Shown here in pieces: positions 19,283 to 28,820 of a DNA stretch of 46,372 nucleotides. The position numbers and the translations under genes are program-made. Source of the DNA: Candidatus Jorgensenbacteria bacterium RIFCSPLOWO2_01_FULL_45_25b (lineage in GTDB: Bacteria; Patescibacteriota; Minisyncoccia; UBA6257; GWB1-50-10); assembly GCA_001781035.1 (NCBI GenBank), contig MFKK01000008.1:1-46372 (forward strand), written 5' to 3'. Within the stretch, counting starts at the first letter, position 1, and each line of letters opens with the position of its first letter. The notes under the pieces were generated by a model. It made no database searches. It was not told the DNA's origin and saw nothing but the letters and a program-made list of their open reading frames with translations.

Positions 19283-19304
19283 CTATGAAAAAGAAATAGG
19301 TTGT

Positions 19305-20297
19305 ATGATTAATCCAAAGGTAAAACTAAACAAAAAGATTTTTGAGGCGGACATTTCTCAGTCTCCGATTCGCGACGGGTATGGGGACGGTCTGCTTTTT
19401 CTTGGAAAGGAGAATCCAAATGTTGTCGCGCTTTGTGCCGATTTGAAAGAATCCACGCGGGTTGAGGCGTTCGCGAAGGCATATCCGAATCGGTTTTTTG
19501 AGTGCGGAGTTTCCGAGCAGGCGATGGTGACGGTTGCCGCGGGCTTGGGAATTTCGGGGAAGATTCCCTTTATCTCGTCATACGCTACGTTTTCACCTGG
19601 TAGAAATTGGGAACAGATACGGACGACTGTGGCTTATAACGATTCAAACGTGAAGATTGCGGGACATCACGCGGGTATCTCAGTTGGACCCGACGGAGCG
19701 ACTCATCAGGCGTTGGAAGATATCGCGATTATGCGCGCGCTTCCGAACATGAGAGTTATTGTTCCGTGCGACGCGATTGAGGCGAGGAAGGCGACCATAC
19801 AGGTGGCGCATCTTTGGGGGCCTTGTTACTTGCGGTTTCAGCGGGAAAAGACTCCTCTTTTTACAACAGACGAGACGCCATTTGTTTCGGGTAGAGCGGA
19901 GGTGTTTTGGCAGTCGCGTGGAGCGATCGCGACAATTATCGCGTGTGGCGCGATGGTTTATATCGCTCTTCGCGCCGCGGAGGAGCTCAAAAAGGAAAAG
20001 ATAGGAGTTGTCGTTTTGAACAATCACACTATAAAGCCGATTGACGAGAAGACGATTATAAAATTTGCGAAGGCGACGGGAGCCGTTGTTACGGTTGAGG
20101 AGCATCAAGTTGCGGGAGGGCTTGGCGGGGCGGTCGCGGAACTTCTTGTCGCGAAACACCCCGTTCCTATGGAATTTGTCGGGATGGAGGATTCGTTTGG
20201 AGAGTCGGGGAAACCAAACGAGCTTTTGAAGAAGTATGGAATGGACGTTTTGGATATTGTGAAGGCGGTGAAAAAGACCTTGAAACGTCGAGAATAA
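19305..20297 (+). CDS. Transketolase, C-terminal subunit
   Basis: LCADL, GVSEQ, GPDGATHQ, VTVEEH, FGESG. Confidence 0.93.
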   Translation: MINPKVKLNKKIFEADISQSPIRDGYGDGLLFLGKENPNVVALCADLKESTRVEAFAKAYPNRFFECGVSEQAMVTVAAGLGISGKIPFISSYATFSPGRNWEQIRTTVAYNDSNVKIAGHHAGISVGPDGATHQALEDIAIMRALPNMRVIVPCDAIEARKATIQVAHLWGPCYLRFQREKTPLFTTDETPFVSGRAEVFWQSRGAIATIIACGAMVYIALRAAEELKKEKIGVVVLNNHTIKPIDEKTIIKFAKATGAVVTVEEHQVAGGLGGAVAELLVAKHPVPMEFVGMEDSFGESGKPNELLKKYGMDVLDIVKAVKKTLKRRE

Positions 20298-20326
20298 CTT
20301 ACGAGTTACGATCTCGTAAGTTATTC
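20292..20326. repeat. REP-like palindrome at the RAYT 3' end
   Basis: GAATAACTTACGAG-ttacgat-CTCGTAAGTTATTC, a 14-bp stem containing both convergent stop codons. Confidence 0.85.
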
Positions 20327-21016
20327 GAGAAGGGCGCTCTTTTCCAATGACGACGCGCCTCTTTCTTTTAACCAATCAAATACTTTTTTCTCATACTCCG
20401 AGCCCTTTCCAATTATTTCTTCAAGGAAGTTTGTTTCTATGACTAATGGAAAATTTTTCTTTCCCGCGTAATCTAGATAACTACTCCACCGATATGAGTT
20501 TAAAAACTCAACAGTTTTTTTGTGATTTTGAATTTCCTTATTTCTCCAGTTTGGTTCTATCATATCGAGAGGATTGAGGTGAATATAATAAGGGAGATGA
20601 ATTAGATGCGAGTCGTCTTTTACATGAACGGCCTTGAACCGTCCCTGAAAGAGAGTTCCAGACCGTTCGTTTTTTAGATTAAAATACATGGCGTATCCTA
20701 TCCCGATTTTTTTCATAAATTCTGATACGCCATTGTCTTCAATTTGCTCAAGAAGGAGATGAAAATGGTTTGGCATGAGACAGAAGGCGTGAATTTTTAC
20801 CAGAGGTTTTCGTTCGCGGTTATCTTCCTTAAAATTATGAGATCGTAACTCGTAAGATTTGTAGTAGATGTTTTCGGCGAGGGCGATGTCGTTGAATTCA
20901 AACAGATTGTGAACCATTCGGAAATGATCTCCTTTATCAAGAAAGATTTTTCTCTTTTCGACACCTCGGTTATAGACGTGATACAGGTTGTTGTTGGCGA
21001 ATTTTGGCCTTTTCAT
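20321..21016 (-). mobile_element. REP-associated tyrosine transposase (RAYT, Y1 HUH)
   Basis: YHVYNRG, CLMPNHFHLL (HUH), FQGRFK, YIHLNP (catalytic Tyr), YRWSSY; flanked by REP palindromes. Confidence 0.92.
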
Positions 21017-21033
21017 AGTAGGTTTATTATATC

Positions 21034-21085
21034 ATCTTATGAGATCGTAACTCGTAAAACTTTACGAGTTACGATCTCATAAGAT
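21034..21085. repeat. Inverted REP doublet (REPIN-like) upstream of RAYT
   Basis: ATCTTATGAGATCGTAACTCGTAAA-ac-TTTACGAGTTACGATCTCATAAGAT, 25-bp perfect stem. Confidence 0.9.
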
Positions 21086-21122
21086 TTTGCGAATGCGGGA
21101 ATTTGGGGTATAATGCTTATAT

Positions 21123-22127
21123 ATGTTTGATGTCATAACTATCGGGACGGCGACGAGGGACGTATTCTTGACGAGTGGAGAATTTCGGGTTTTGAAAGAC
21201 CCGGAGCATTTAGAGAAGCTTGGATTTCCGACCGCGGAGGCTGAATGCTTCGCGCTTGGAGGGAAGGTTGAAGTTGAGTCTCCGTTTTTCACGACGGGAG
21301 GGGGCGCTTTGAATGCCGCTGTTACGTTTTCGCGCGCCGGTTTGAAGACGGGCGCGGTTTTTAAGATTGGAAAGGATGAGATTGGGAGGGACCTTTTGTC
21401 TGATATTAAAAAGGAGAACGTTTTGTCTATTCCCGCTTATGACAAGTCTCTTTGTACCGCTTACTCAACCATTATTTTGAATAAAACCGGAGAACGAACT
21501 GTATTAGTTTATCGAGGCGCCTCTAACTCGTTGGAGAAGCGAGATGTTCCTCTTTCCAAGCTTCGCGCGAAATGGGCGTATGTTGTTTCCGGCTATACAT
21601 CACTCTCTCTTATGGAGCAGGTTTTTTCGTCCTTAAAGAAACAGGGGGCTTCCATCGCGCTTAGCCCATCAAAGCATTATGCTCAACTCGGGCACCAAAA
21701 GCTGAAGGCTGTGTTGCGATACGTTGACCTTTTAATCATGAATCGCGAGGAGGCGGCGGCGTTTACGCGGGAGGAGTATAATCGCGAGAAGAAGATTTTT
21801 AAGAAATTTGATGAAATTGTTCGCGGAATCGCCATTATGACCGATGGGGAGCGGGGAGCGTATGTTTCCGATGGGAGGTATTTGTATCGTTCGGGAGTGT
21901 TTAAGGAGAAGAAGCTTGTTGACCGGACGGGAGCGGGAGACGCTTTTGGCTCTGGTTTTGTCGCGGGACTTATTGAGAAGAATGATATTTCGTACGCTCT
22001 TCGTTTTGCCACGGCGAACGCGACTTCTGTGGTTGAGCATATCGGAGCGCAAGCTGGAATTTTAAAGAAGAAGGACTTCCAGAATAAGCGGTGGGGGTAT
22101 CTTGATTTGGACGTGGAACCGCTTTAA
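21123..22127 (+). CDS. PfkB family carbohydrate kinase
   Basis: GGGALNAA, MNREEA, DRTGAGDAFGSG. Confidence 0.92.
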   Translation: MFDVITIGTATRDVFLTSGEFRVLKDPEHLEKLGFPTAEAECFALGGKVEVESPFFTTGGGALNAAVTFSRAGLKTGAVFKIGKDEIGRDLLSDIKKENVLSIPAYDKSLCTAYSTIILNKTGERTVLVYRGASNSLEKRDVPLSKLRAKWAYVVSGYTSLSLMEQVFSSLKKQGASIALSPSKHYAQLGHQKLKAVLRYVDLLIMNREEAAAFTREEYNREKKIFKKFDEIVRGIAIMTDGERGAYVSDGRYLYRSGVFKEKKLVDRTGAGDAFGSGFVAGLIEKNDISYALRFATANATSVVEHIGAQAGILKKKDFQNKRWGYLDLDVEPL

Positions 22128-22186
22128 TTAGAAGCTAGAATTTAGAACATAGAATCTAGAAAACGGAAAGTAGAGAATAAATTTTT

Positions 22187-23467
22187 ATGGGTCAGGTGCA
22201 TGAAAAATTAGCTCGCATATTGCGGACTGATAAAGATACTATCATCAACATTGACAAGAGATTGTCGGAGGTTACGGGAAAGAAAGGAATTATTGAGAAG
22301 ATTATCTCGGAGAAAGAGAGGCGCATCGCGGAGCATCTTCAAATTTTCGGATTATCCCCAGCCGCTTCTCCGAGAGATGTTTTTCAGTCGCTTATAAAAA
22401 AAGTGGAGGCGGATGAGGAGTTTTTGAAGGTTGTGTTTGGAAATCCAGATTCTTCCCGACCAGAGGGTTTGGCGCGTATATTAGAGATTATTCGCGGTGT
22501 TGTTGGCCCAACGAAGGGATTTTTTTTGAAGGAAGAGAAGGCGCGCGAGTTTTTAACTAAGGAACCCCCGAAGAAGGTGATGGAGTATCTTGGTTATTCT
22601 TCCTCCGAGGCGATGCTGGGGAAGGAGAACTTGTTTGAGGTGTATAGCGCGCTTCGGTTTGTTGAGGATTCGGAATGGATGAACGGCGTGTTTTTTAAGC
22701 AGTATGAGGCGCTTACGCCGGACGATTTTGAGGAGCGGGAGATTCGTCTTCAGGTTTTGGATATAAAGTGGCTTCGTTCCGCGGAGCATTTTTTGACTCA
22801 TAAGCTTCATAATATTTCCCATCTTAAGGAAATGGGGGTTGTGTTTGTTATTCCCGCCACGTTTGGAATTTCGGGAGAGATTCTTCGGATGACGAGTTTG
22901 ATTTTTCACTATCTTTCGGAGGTTCCGTATTATTCGGATATGTTTCGTAGAATCGCAAAGATGCCGACGGGCGAGAAGAGTTCTTTTGGCTCAAATCTTA
23001 TCTCTCTTCTTCGGGGAGATGTTATTGACCGAAATCCTTCCGATAACAACTTTGAGGGCGGGCGGATGTTTTGGCTTGTGATTCAGCGATATCTCGCGAA
23101 AGATGACCAAAACGACTGGCGGCTTTTTGTTCCCCACATTAATCCGGAAGCGATTCACTGGCTTCGCGCGGAGGAACATTTAGTTGAGGTTGGGAAGAAG
23201 TTTCAGGGAGTTTCTCGCGGATTGGATTTTTGGCTGAATATGGATTGGGTTGGGGATTTTTTTCGCGATGATGATGGAAATGACATCTTAATCAGTTTTG
23301 ACCTTGTGGATACGGTGATGAGTTTGGTGAAAAAGAAGGAACATATAAAATTTTTGTATCATCATGAGGAGGCTTTGTGGAACAAGATATTTATGGAATA
23401 TTTCGGGCGGGAGAAACTTGTGGCGTACTCGCAGGAACATTTGCTTAAGGGATATGTTGAGATATAG
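22187..23467 (+). CDS. Hypothetical protein
   Basis: 426-aa ORF with host-like composition; no motif recognised. Confidence 0.75.
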   Translation: MGQVHEKLARILRTDKDTIINIDKRLSEVTGKKGIIEKIISEKERRIAEHLQIFGLSPAASPRDVFQSLIKKVEADEEFLKVVFGNPDSSRPEGLARILEIIRGVVGPTKGFFLKEEKAREFLTKEPPKKVMEYLGYSSSEAMLGKENLFEVYSALRFVEDSEWMNGVFFKQYEALTPDDFEEREIRLQVLDIKWLRSAEHFLTHKLHNISHLKEMGVVFVIPATFGISGEILRMTSLIFHYLSEVPYYSDMFRRIAKMPTGEKSSFGSNLISLLRGDVIDRNPSDNNFEGGRMFWLVIQRYLAKDDQNDWRLFVPHINPEAIHWLRAEEHLVEVGKKFQGVSRGLDFWLNMDWVGDFFRDDDGNDILISFDLVDTVMSLVKKKEHIKFLYHHEEALWNKIFMEYFGREKLVAYSQEHLLKGYVEI

Positions 23468-23621
23468 CTCAAGTTTGCAAGTTTATAAGTTGGTAAGTTT
23501 TTTTGCAAGCAAAAATGAAGGATTAAAGATTAAGGATTAAAGAACTGTTGCGGAAATGTTTCTTTTCTAAACTTTTTTGCCTGTAAAAGTTTTTCTTTTT
23601 TGGTTGTGTTATAATGTGTTC

Positions 23622-24017
23622 ATGGAGACAAAAACGGGCGCTCGGGTTCTTATTGTGGATGATGATGTTGAATTTACGCGTATATTAGCGGATAAGCTTG
23701 AAAGCGAGGGATTTTCCGCGCTTCTTGCGCATGACGGAAATCAGTGTATTCTGACAACTGAAGAGAGTAATCCCGACTTAATTCTTCTTGATTTAAAGAT
23801 GCCTAATATGGATGGAGCCGACACTCTTAGAGAATTGGGAAAGAAATCCGCTACCAAAGACATTCCTGTTATTATTCTTACTTCGTATAATCAAGATGAG
23901 CCGGTTAAGCTTGATGCAGAAACCGCGAGGAAGCTTGGGGCGATCGGTTTTTTGGAGAAGGGCGCCGATTTGGGAGAGGTTGTGCGTCGGGCTCGGGAGG
24001 CGCTTGATATGTTGTAA
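23622..24017 (+). CDS. Single-domain response regulator
   Basis: LIVDDD, PDLILLDLKMP, IILTS, K; TATAAT at 23610-23615. Confidence 0.92.
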   Translation: METKTGARVLIVDDDVEFTRILADKLESEGFSALLAHDGNQCILTTEESNPDLILLDLKMPNMDGADTLRELGKKSATKDIPVIILTSYNQDEPVKLDAETARKLGAIGFLEKGADLGEVVRRAREALDML

Positions 24018-24084
24018 GTTATGACTGCACGTTTCGGTTGTTCCTGATTTTTTGGGAAAGCACAATCGCTTTCTATTTTCTTTT

Positions 24085-25656
24085 ATGAAAGGCAAGACAT
24101 TACAAGTTGACGGAAACCATCTTCGTTTGGAAGATGTTGCTTTATTTGTTTCGGATTCTTCTTTTAAGCTTCGGGTTTCTCCCGTGGCGCTGATTCGGGT
24201 TCGGGCATCGCATTCTTTCGTCGCGAATGAACTTGGTGAACGGGTGGTGTATGGCGTAAATACTGGATTTGGGCCGATGGCTTCGTTTATGATTGGTCCG
24301 GACAAGCTTGTCACGCTTCAATATAATCTTGTTCGGAGCCATGCTTCCGGAATCGGCAACCCCCTTCCCGAGAGATATGTCGCCGCGGCGATGATTGTCC
24401 GTTTGAATACGTTGCTTCGCGGATACTCCGGCGTTTCCGAGGAGCTTATTCACAAGCTTGTTCTTTTTTTGAATCGTCGTATCTTTCCCGTTGTTCCGGA
24501 GCACGGCGCGGTTGGAACGAGCGGGGATTTGGTTCAGCTCGCGCATATCGCGCTTGCGTTGATTGGCGAAGGAGAGGTTTTGCATGAGGGAAAGAGACAG
24601 GCAACAGCAAAAGTTCTTCAGAAATTAGGCATTTTGCCTCATGTTCTTTTGCCGAAGGAGGGACTCTCGCTTATCAATGGAACATCGCTTATGTCTGGTA
24701 TCGGAGCGCTTGGCGTGCTTCACGCGGAACGATTACTTTCACTCGCGCTTCGGGCGGGAGCTCTCGCGCTTGAATCCGTTTCGGCTTATTCGGACGGCAT
24801 TCTTTCGGAGCTTCATGAGCTTCGTCCTCATTCCGGACAGAAGGAGGCCGCGCGCGTTCTTCGGGAGCTTGTTCGCGCGTCTGAATTTTTGCGCGACCGC
24901 GCGAGGCTTTCAAAACGTTCCCGCGCGGGGGTGGAACATATCAATGATGACGTTCAGGAATTTTATTCTTTCCGGTGCATTCCGCAGATTTTGGGGCCCG
25001 TGTTGGACACGATTCGGAATGCCCGCGGAGTTTTGCAGATTGAGATTAATTCTGTGACGGATAATCCGATTGTGGATGTCGCGAACAAGAAATTTCTTCA
25101 TGGAGGAAATTTTCACGGAGAGTATGTCGCGACCGCGCTTGATGAGATGAAGGCGGGACTTGTAAAACTTACGATGCTTTCGGAGCGGAGGACGAACTAC
25201 TTTTTGCACGCGAAGATTAATCATCGTTTTCCGCCGTTTCTTAATATGGACACGCCCGGACTTACTCTCGCGCTTCAAGGATTGCAGTTTGTTTCAACTT
25301 CCACGACCGCGCTTAGCCAGACGTACGCGTTTCCGCATCGGGTTCATTCCATTCCGACGAATAACGATAATCAGGATTTGGTGAGCATGGGCGCGGACGC
25401 GGCTCTGCTTTTTATGAAGGTGGTGGAGCAAGCGTATATTGTTTTGGGAATTGAGCTTGTATCGCTTTGTCAGACGGTTGATATTTTGAAGGGGGAGCAG
25501 AAACTTTCCGAATCTTCGCGCGAGCTGTATCGGGCGGTGCGCGCGATTATCCCTCCCGTTATTCAGGACCGTCCTCTTTCTTTGGAATTGCAGAGTCTTA
25601 TTTCGTTTCTTCAGAATACGGAGCGGTTTGATATTTCCTTTCGATTAAGTTCGTAG
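24085..25656 (+). CDS. MIO-dependent aromatic amino acid ammonia-lyase (HAL/PAL/TAL family)
   Basis: YGVNTGFG, NLVRSH, GTSGDL (Thr-Ser-Gly MIO triad), KEGLSLING, YSFRC, DNP, GGNFHG, NQD. Confidence 0.93.
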   Translation: MKGKTLQVDGNHLRLEDVALFVSDSSFKLRVSPVALIRVRASHSFVANELGERVVYGVNTGFGPMASFMIGPDKLVTLQYNLVRSHASGIGNPLPERYVAAAMIVRLNTLLRGYSGVSEELIHKLVLFLNRRIFPVVPEHGAVGTSGDLVQLAHIALALIGEGEVLHEGKRQATAKVLQKLGILPHVLLPKEGLSLINGTSLMSGIGALGVLHAERLLSLALRAGALALESVSAYSDGILSELHELRPHSGQKEAARVLRELVRASEFLRDRARLSKRSRAGVEHINDDVQEFYSFRCIPQILGPVLDTIRNARGVLQIEINSVTDNPIVDVANKKFLHGGNFHGEYVATALDEMKAGLVKLTMLSERRTNYFLHAKINHRFPPFLNMDTPGLTLALQGLQFVSTSTTALSQTYAFPHRVHSIPTNNDNQDLVSMGADAALLFMKVVEQAYIVLGIELVSLCQTVDILKGEQKLSESSRELYRAVRAIIPPVIQDRPLSLELQSLISFLQNTERFDISFRLSS

Positions 25657-25660
25657 CATC

Positions 25661-26734
25661 ATGAAGCCGGTTTTTTTTTCTCCCAACGTTTCTTCCCATC
25701 GCAGGCGGATTTTTTCGCTTCGTCGGAGGAAAGATATACGTGTTTTTGATTCGTACCGCGACCAGCTGTACGACCTTTTTTTGGTTCGGAATCCGGATAT
25801 AAAACTTTCTCCCAAAGATGCTTCCCGCCGTTTTGGAGCTTTTTTAAGTGAGGTTGTTTCTAAGCATTCTCTTTTTGAGTGCGGGAGGTGGGTTTTTTTT
25901 CCGTGGAACAAAACACTTGTCCACTTGCTAAACCAAGAGGATTTTTATGAGCTTCGGACGGCGCGAAACCGCGACCTTATTACGCCCGAGGAGCAGGGAA
26001 TTCTTGCGTCAAGCGTTCTTTCTATCGCGGGACTTAGCGTTGGGAATTCAGCCTTTCTTACCCTTCTTCTTGAGGGTTTTTCGGACTTCCATATTTCCGA
26101 CCCCGATACACTTTCGGTTTCAAATCTTAACAGGATTCGTTCGGGCGTTTCTTCGCTTGGAGTTTCAAAAACAACCATTGCTTTGGAGGAGGCGTATGAG
26201 CTTCATCCGTACGCGATTATTCATCCTTTTTCGCGGGGGATTCGGAGCATGAAGAATGCCTTATTATTTTTAAAGAAAGACGGGCGTCCGGTTTCCGCGC
26301 TTATTGAGGAGGTTGATGATATCGGCGCGAAGATTCTTCTTCGGCAAGTGGCCTCCAAGTTACGCGTTCCGGTTGTTACCGCGACCGATTGTGGCAATAA
26401 CGCGCTTATTGATGTTGAGCGGTTTGATATTGAACCGCGCCGGGAGTTGTTTCACGGAGCGCTTCGCGGAGTTTCCCCGCAAACACTTTCTTCTATGGAT
26501 TTTCCCGAAAGAATGAAACTTGTTGACAGGATTGTGGGAAGGAAGTTTCTTTCAAGTCGTATGAAGGAGTCGCTTTCGCGTGTCGGGAATACTCTTTATT
26601 CTTGGCCCCAGTTGGGGAGCGCGGTTATGCTTAGCGGCGCCGCCGTTGCCCACGTTGTGAGAAAAATTGTTCTTGGTTCCAATATGCCAAGCGGGAGGTA
26701 TGTTGTTGATTTTGACGGGATATTTAATGGTTAA
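25661..26734 (+). CDS. ThiF family adenylyltransferase (Rv1355c/OxzB N-domain-like)
   Basis: FPW, RNRDLIT, IAGLSVG, DPD...SNLNR, EEVD, DVERFD, WPQLG. Confidence 0.85.
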   Translation: MKPVFFSPNVSSHRRRIFSLRRRKDIRVFDSYRDQLYDLFLVRNPDIKLSPKDASRRFGAFLSEVVSKHSLFECGRWVFFPWNKTLVHLLNQEDFYELRTARNRDLITPEEQGILASSVLSIAGLSVGNSAFLTLLLEGFSDFHISDPDTLSVSNLNRIRSGVSSLGVSKTTIALEEAYELHPYAIIHPFSRGIRSMKNALLFLKKDGRPVSALIEEVDDIGAKILLRQVASKLRVPVVTATDCGNNALIDVERFDIEPRRELFHGALRGVSPQTLSSMDFPERMKLVDRIVGRKFLSSRMKESLSRVGNTLYSWPQLGSAVMLSGAAVAHVVRKIVLGSNMPSGRYVVDFDGIFNG

Positions 26735-26749
26735 GGATATGAACATACT

Positions 26750-27310
26750 ATGAAAACAACAAAAATAATCTTTCTTCGGCATGCTGAAACTCAAAAAGAC
26801 CCTCTGGTGAATGCCGTATTGTGGGGGCTTTCCGAGAGAGGAAGAGCGCAAGCGGAAGAGGTTTCAAAACAGCCGATTATGAGTACGGTTGATATGATTT
26901 ATGTGTCGGAAGAAAAAAAGACGGCGTTTACGGCTGAACCGATTGCGAAGAAGTTCTCAAAAGAAGTTTGCGCGTCAGGTTTTTTTAATGAGGTCGGAAG
27001 AGGCGACAAGTTTTTTTCCGCCGAAGAATTTGAAGCAGAGAAAGCGCGACAACTTACCAACCTTTCGTATCGGGCGTTTGGCGGCGAGTCGGGGCTGGAC
27101 GCTCTTTTAAGATTTAAAAAAGGAATCAATGAGATTGTCAGAAAGAATCCGGAAAAAACTATTCTTATTGTGACTCACGGTACCATACTCAATATCTATT
27201 TTGCCGACATGTTGAACTTTTTTGAGAAGCTTCCTGAACGCTGGAGTAAGACGGCTTTTTGCGCGTACGGTATTATTGAGAATGGGGAGGTGAGAAAAGA
27301 CATTGTCTAG
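26750..27310 (+). CDS. Histidine phosphatase family protein
   Basis: LRHAET, GGES, VTHG. Confidence 0.88.
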   Translation: MKTTKIIFLRHAETQKDPLVNAVLWGLSERGRAQAEEVSKQPIMSTVDMIYVSEEKKTAFTAEPIAKKFSKEVCASGFFNEVGRGDKFFSAEEFEAEKARQLTNLSYRAFGGESGLDALLRFKKGINEIVRKNPEKTILIVTHGTILNIYFADMLNFFEKLPERWSKTAFCAYGIIENGEVRKDIV

Positions 27311-27359
27311 CTAGTATTATTGGTTTTTCGGAATTTAATAGAAGTTGTATTATGTATGT

Positions 27360-28808
27360 ATGAGTGATATTCCCGAGGGGTTTTCAAAGGCGCTTGAGGT
27401 TTTTCGTCGCGCGGCAAAGACGGTTCCCGCGTATCAGGATTTTTTAAGGCGCCACGGAATACGGGCGGGAGAAGTTTCTTCCCCGTCTCATTTTTCGCGC
27501 CTTCCCATCACCGATAAGAAGAATTATATCAAGCACTATTCTTTTCGCCGACTTTTTTCCGGAGAGCGGATTCCTCCCATGATTCATATGAGTTCGGGCT
27601 CTTCCGGGAAGCCGACTTTTTGGTTTCGAGGAGACGAACATGAGGAGTGGGGCGGGGAGGCGCATGAGGCGGTTTTTCACGACATTTTTGGAATAAAAAA
27701 AGAAGAACCCACTCTTGTTATTATTTCCTTCGCGATGGGAGTTTGGGTCGCGGGAACATATACGCTTGCCGCGTGCCGAGAGGTTTCTCGGAGAGGGTAT
27801 CAGGTTTCCACGGTTACTCCCGGCATCGGGCAGAACGAGATTTTTCATATTCTTCGAGAGCTCGCGCCGAAATTCAATCACGTTATTCTTGTCGGATACC
27901 CGCCGTTTCTTGCGGATATATTGCGAACCGCTTCCAAAGAAGGAATTCTTCCCTCCAAGCGTTTTTCGGTTCTTGCCGCCGCGGATTTATTTTCGGAAGC
28001 GTGGCGTAATGGAATGCTTCCGTATCTTTCTCCCCGCGACCCCTATCGCGCGATTGTAAATATGTATGGTTCCGCGGACGCGGGAGTTATGGCGCATGAG
28101 ACCCCTCTTAGTATTTTTATGCGAAGAGCCTCTCTTTCAAATAAGGAGTTTTTTCGCGAGCTTTTCGGAGAGACCTCTCTTCTTCCGGGTTTGTATCAGT
28201 ATGACCCGTCGCGCCTGTTTTTTGAGGAGGTAAACCAGGAACTTATACTTACCACTTCCACCGCCACGCCGCTTATCCGTTACAATACGCATGATGTCGG
28301 GCGCGTTATACCGTATAGAGAGATGGTTCAGCTTCTTCGCCGTTTTTCATATTTTCAGGAGGCGGAGAAAAAGAAGTTTCTTCGGTGGAAGCTTCCGTTT
28401 CTTGTTATTAAAGGAAGGACGGATGTCGCGGTTACGTTTTACGGGCTGAATATCTTTCCCGAGCATATTCGGCAGACATTTGAAGACTCCCGCCTTTCAA
28501 CTATTCTTTCCGGAAGTTTCACGGCGTACAACGCGCATTCAAACCGAACGAAGAGAGAGCGTCTTTACGTGAGATTTGAGCTTCAGCGAAACACGCGTTC
28601 TTCACGGAAAATTCTTCGTGTTGTTGAGGAGGCGCTTTTTCATTCGCTTCGGCATACGAATACGGAATTTCGGAAGCTTTCCGACTCCTTAGGTTCGCGC
28701 GCCCGCCCTTCTGTTTCCCTTTTTTCTTTCGGAGACGAGCGTTTTACGGTTTTTCAGGCAAGAGGTATGATATCCTTAAAGGGTAAGAAGCCGCGTGTTG
28801 TTCTTTAA
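27360..28808 (+). CDS. Phenylacetate-CoA ligase (PaaK)-like aryl/acyl-CoA ligase
   Basis: VPAY, SSGSSGKP, YGSAD, PLIRYNTHD, GRTD. Confidence 0.88.
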   Translation: MSDIPEGFSKALEVFRRAAKTVPAYQDFLRRHGIRAGEVSSPSHFSRLPITDKKNYIKHYSFRRLFSGERIPPMIHMSSGSSGKPTFWFRGDEHEEWGGEAHEAVFHDIFGIKKEEPTLVIISFAMGVWVAGTYTLAACREVSRRGYQVSTVTPGIGQNEIFHILRELAPKFNHVILVGYPPFLADILRTASKEGILPSKRFSVLAAADLFSEAWRNGMLPYLSPRDPYRAIVNMYGSADAGVMAHETPLSIFMRRASLSNKEFFRELFGETSLLPGLYQYDPSRLFFEEVNQELILTTSTATPLIRYNTHDVGRVIPYREMVQLLRRFSYFQEAEKKKFLRWKLPFLVIKGRTDVAVTFYGLNIFPEHIRQTFEDSRLSTILSGSFTAYNAHSNRTKRERLYVRFELQRNTRSSRKILRVVEEALFHSLRHTNTEFRKLSDSLGSRARPSVSLFSFGDERFTVFQARGMISLKGKKPRVVL

Positions 28809-28820
28809 TCTTTTTTTGTT

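Noticed and set aside
19680-20375. 231-aa minus-strand ORF
   Set aside because: Antisense to transketolase C and overlaps RAYT; shadow frame.
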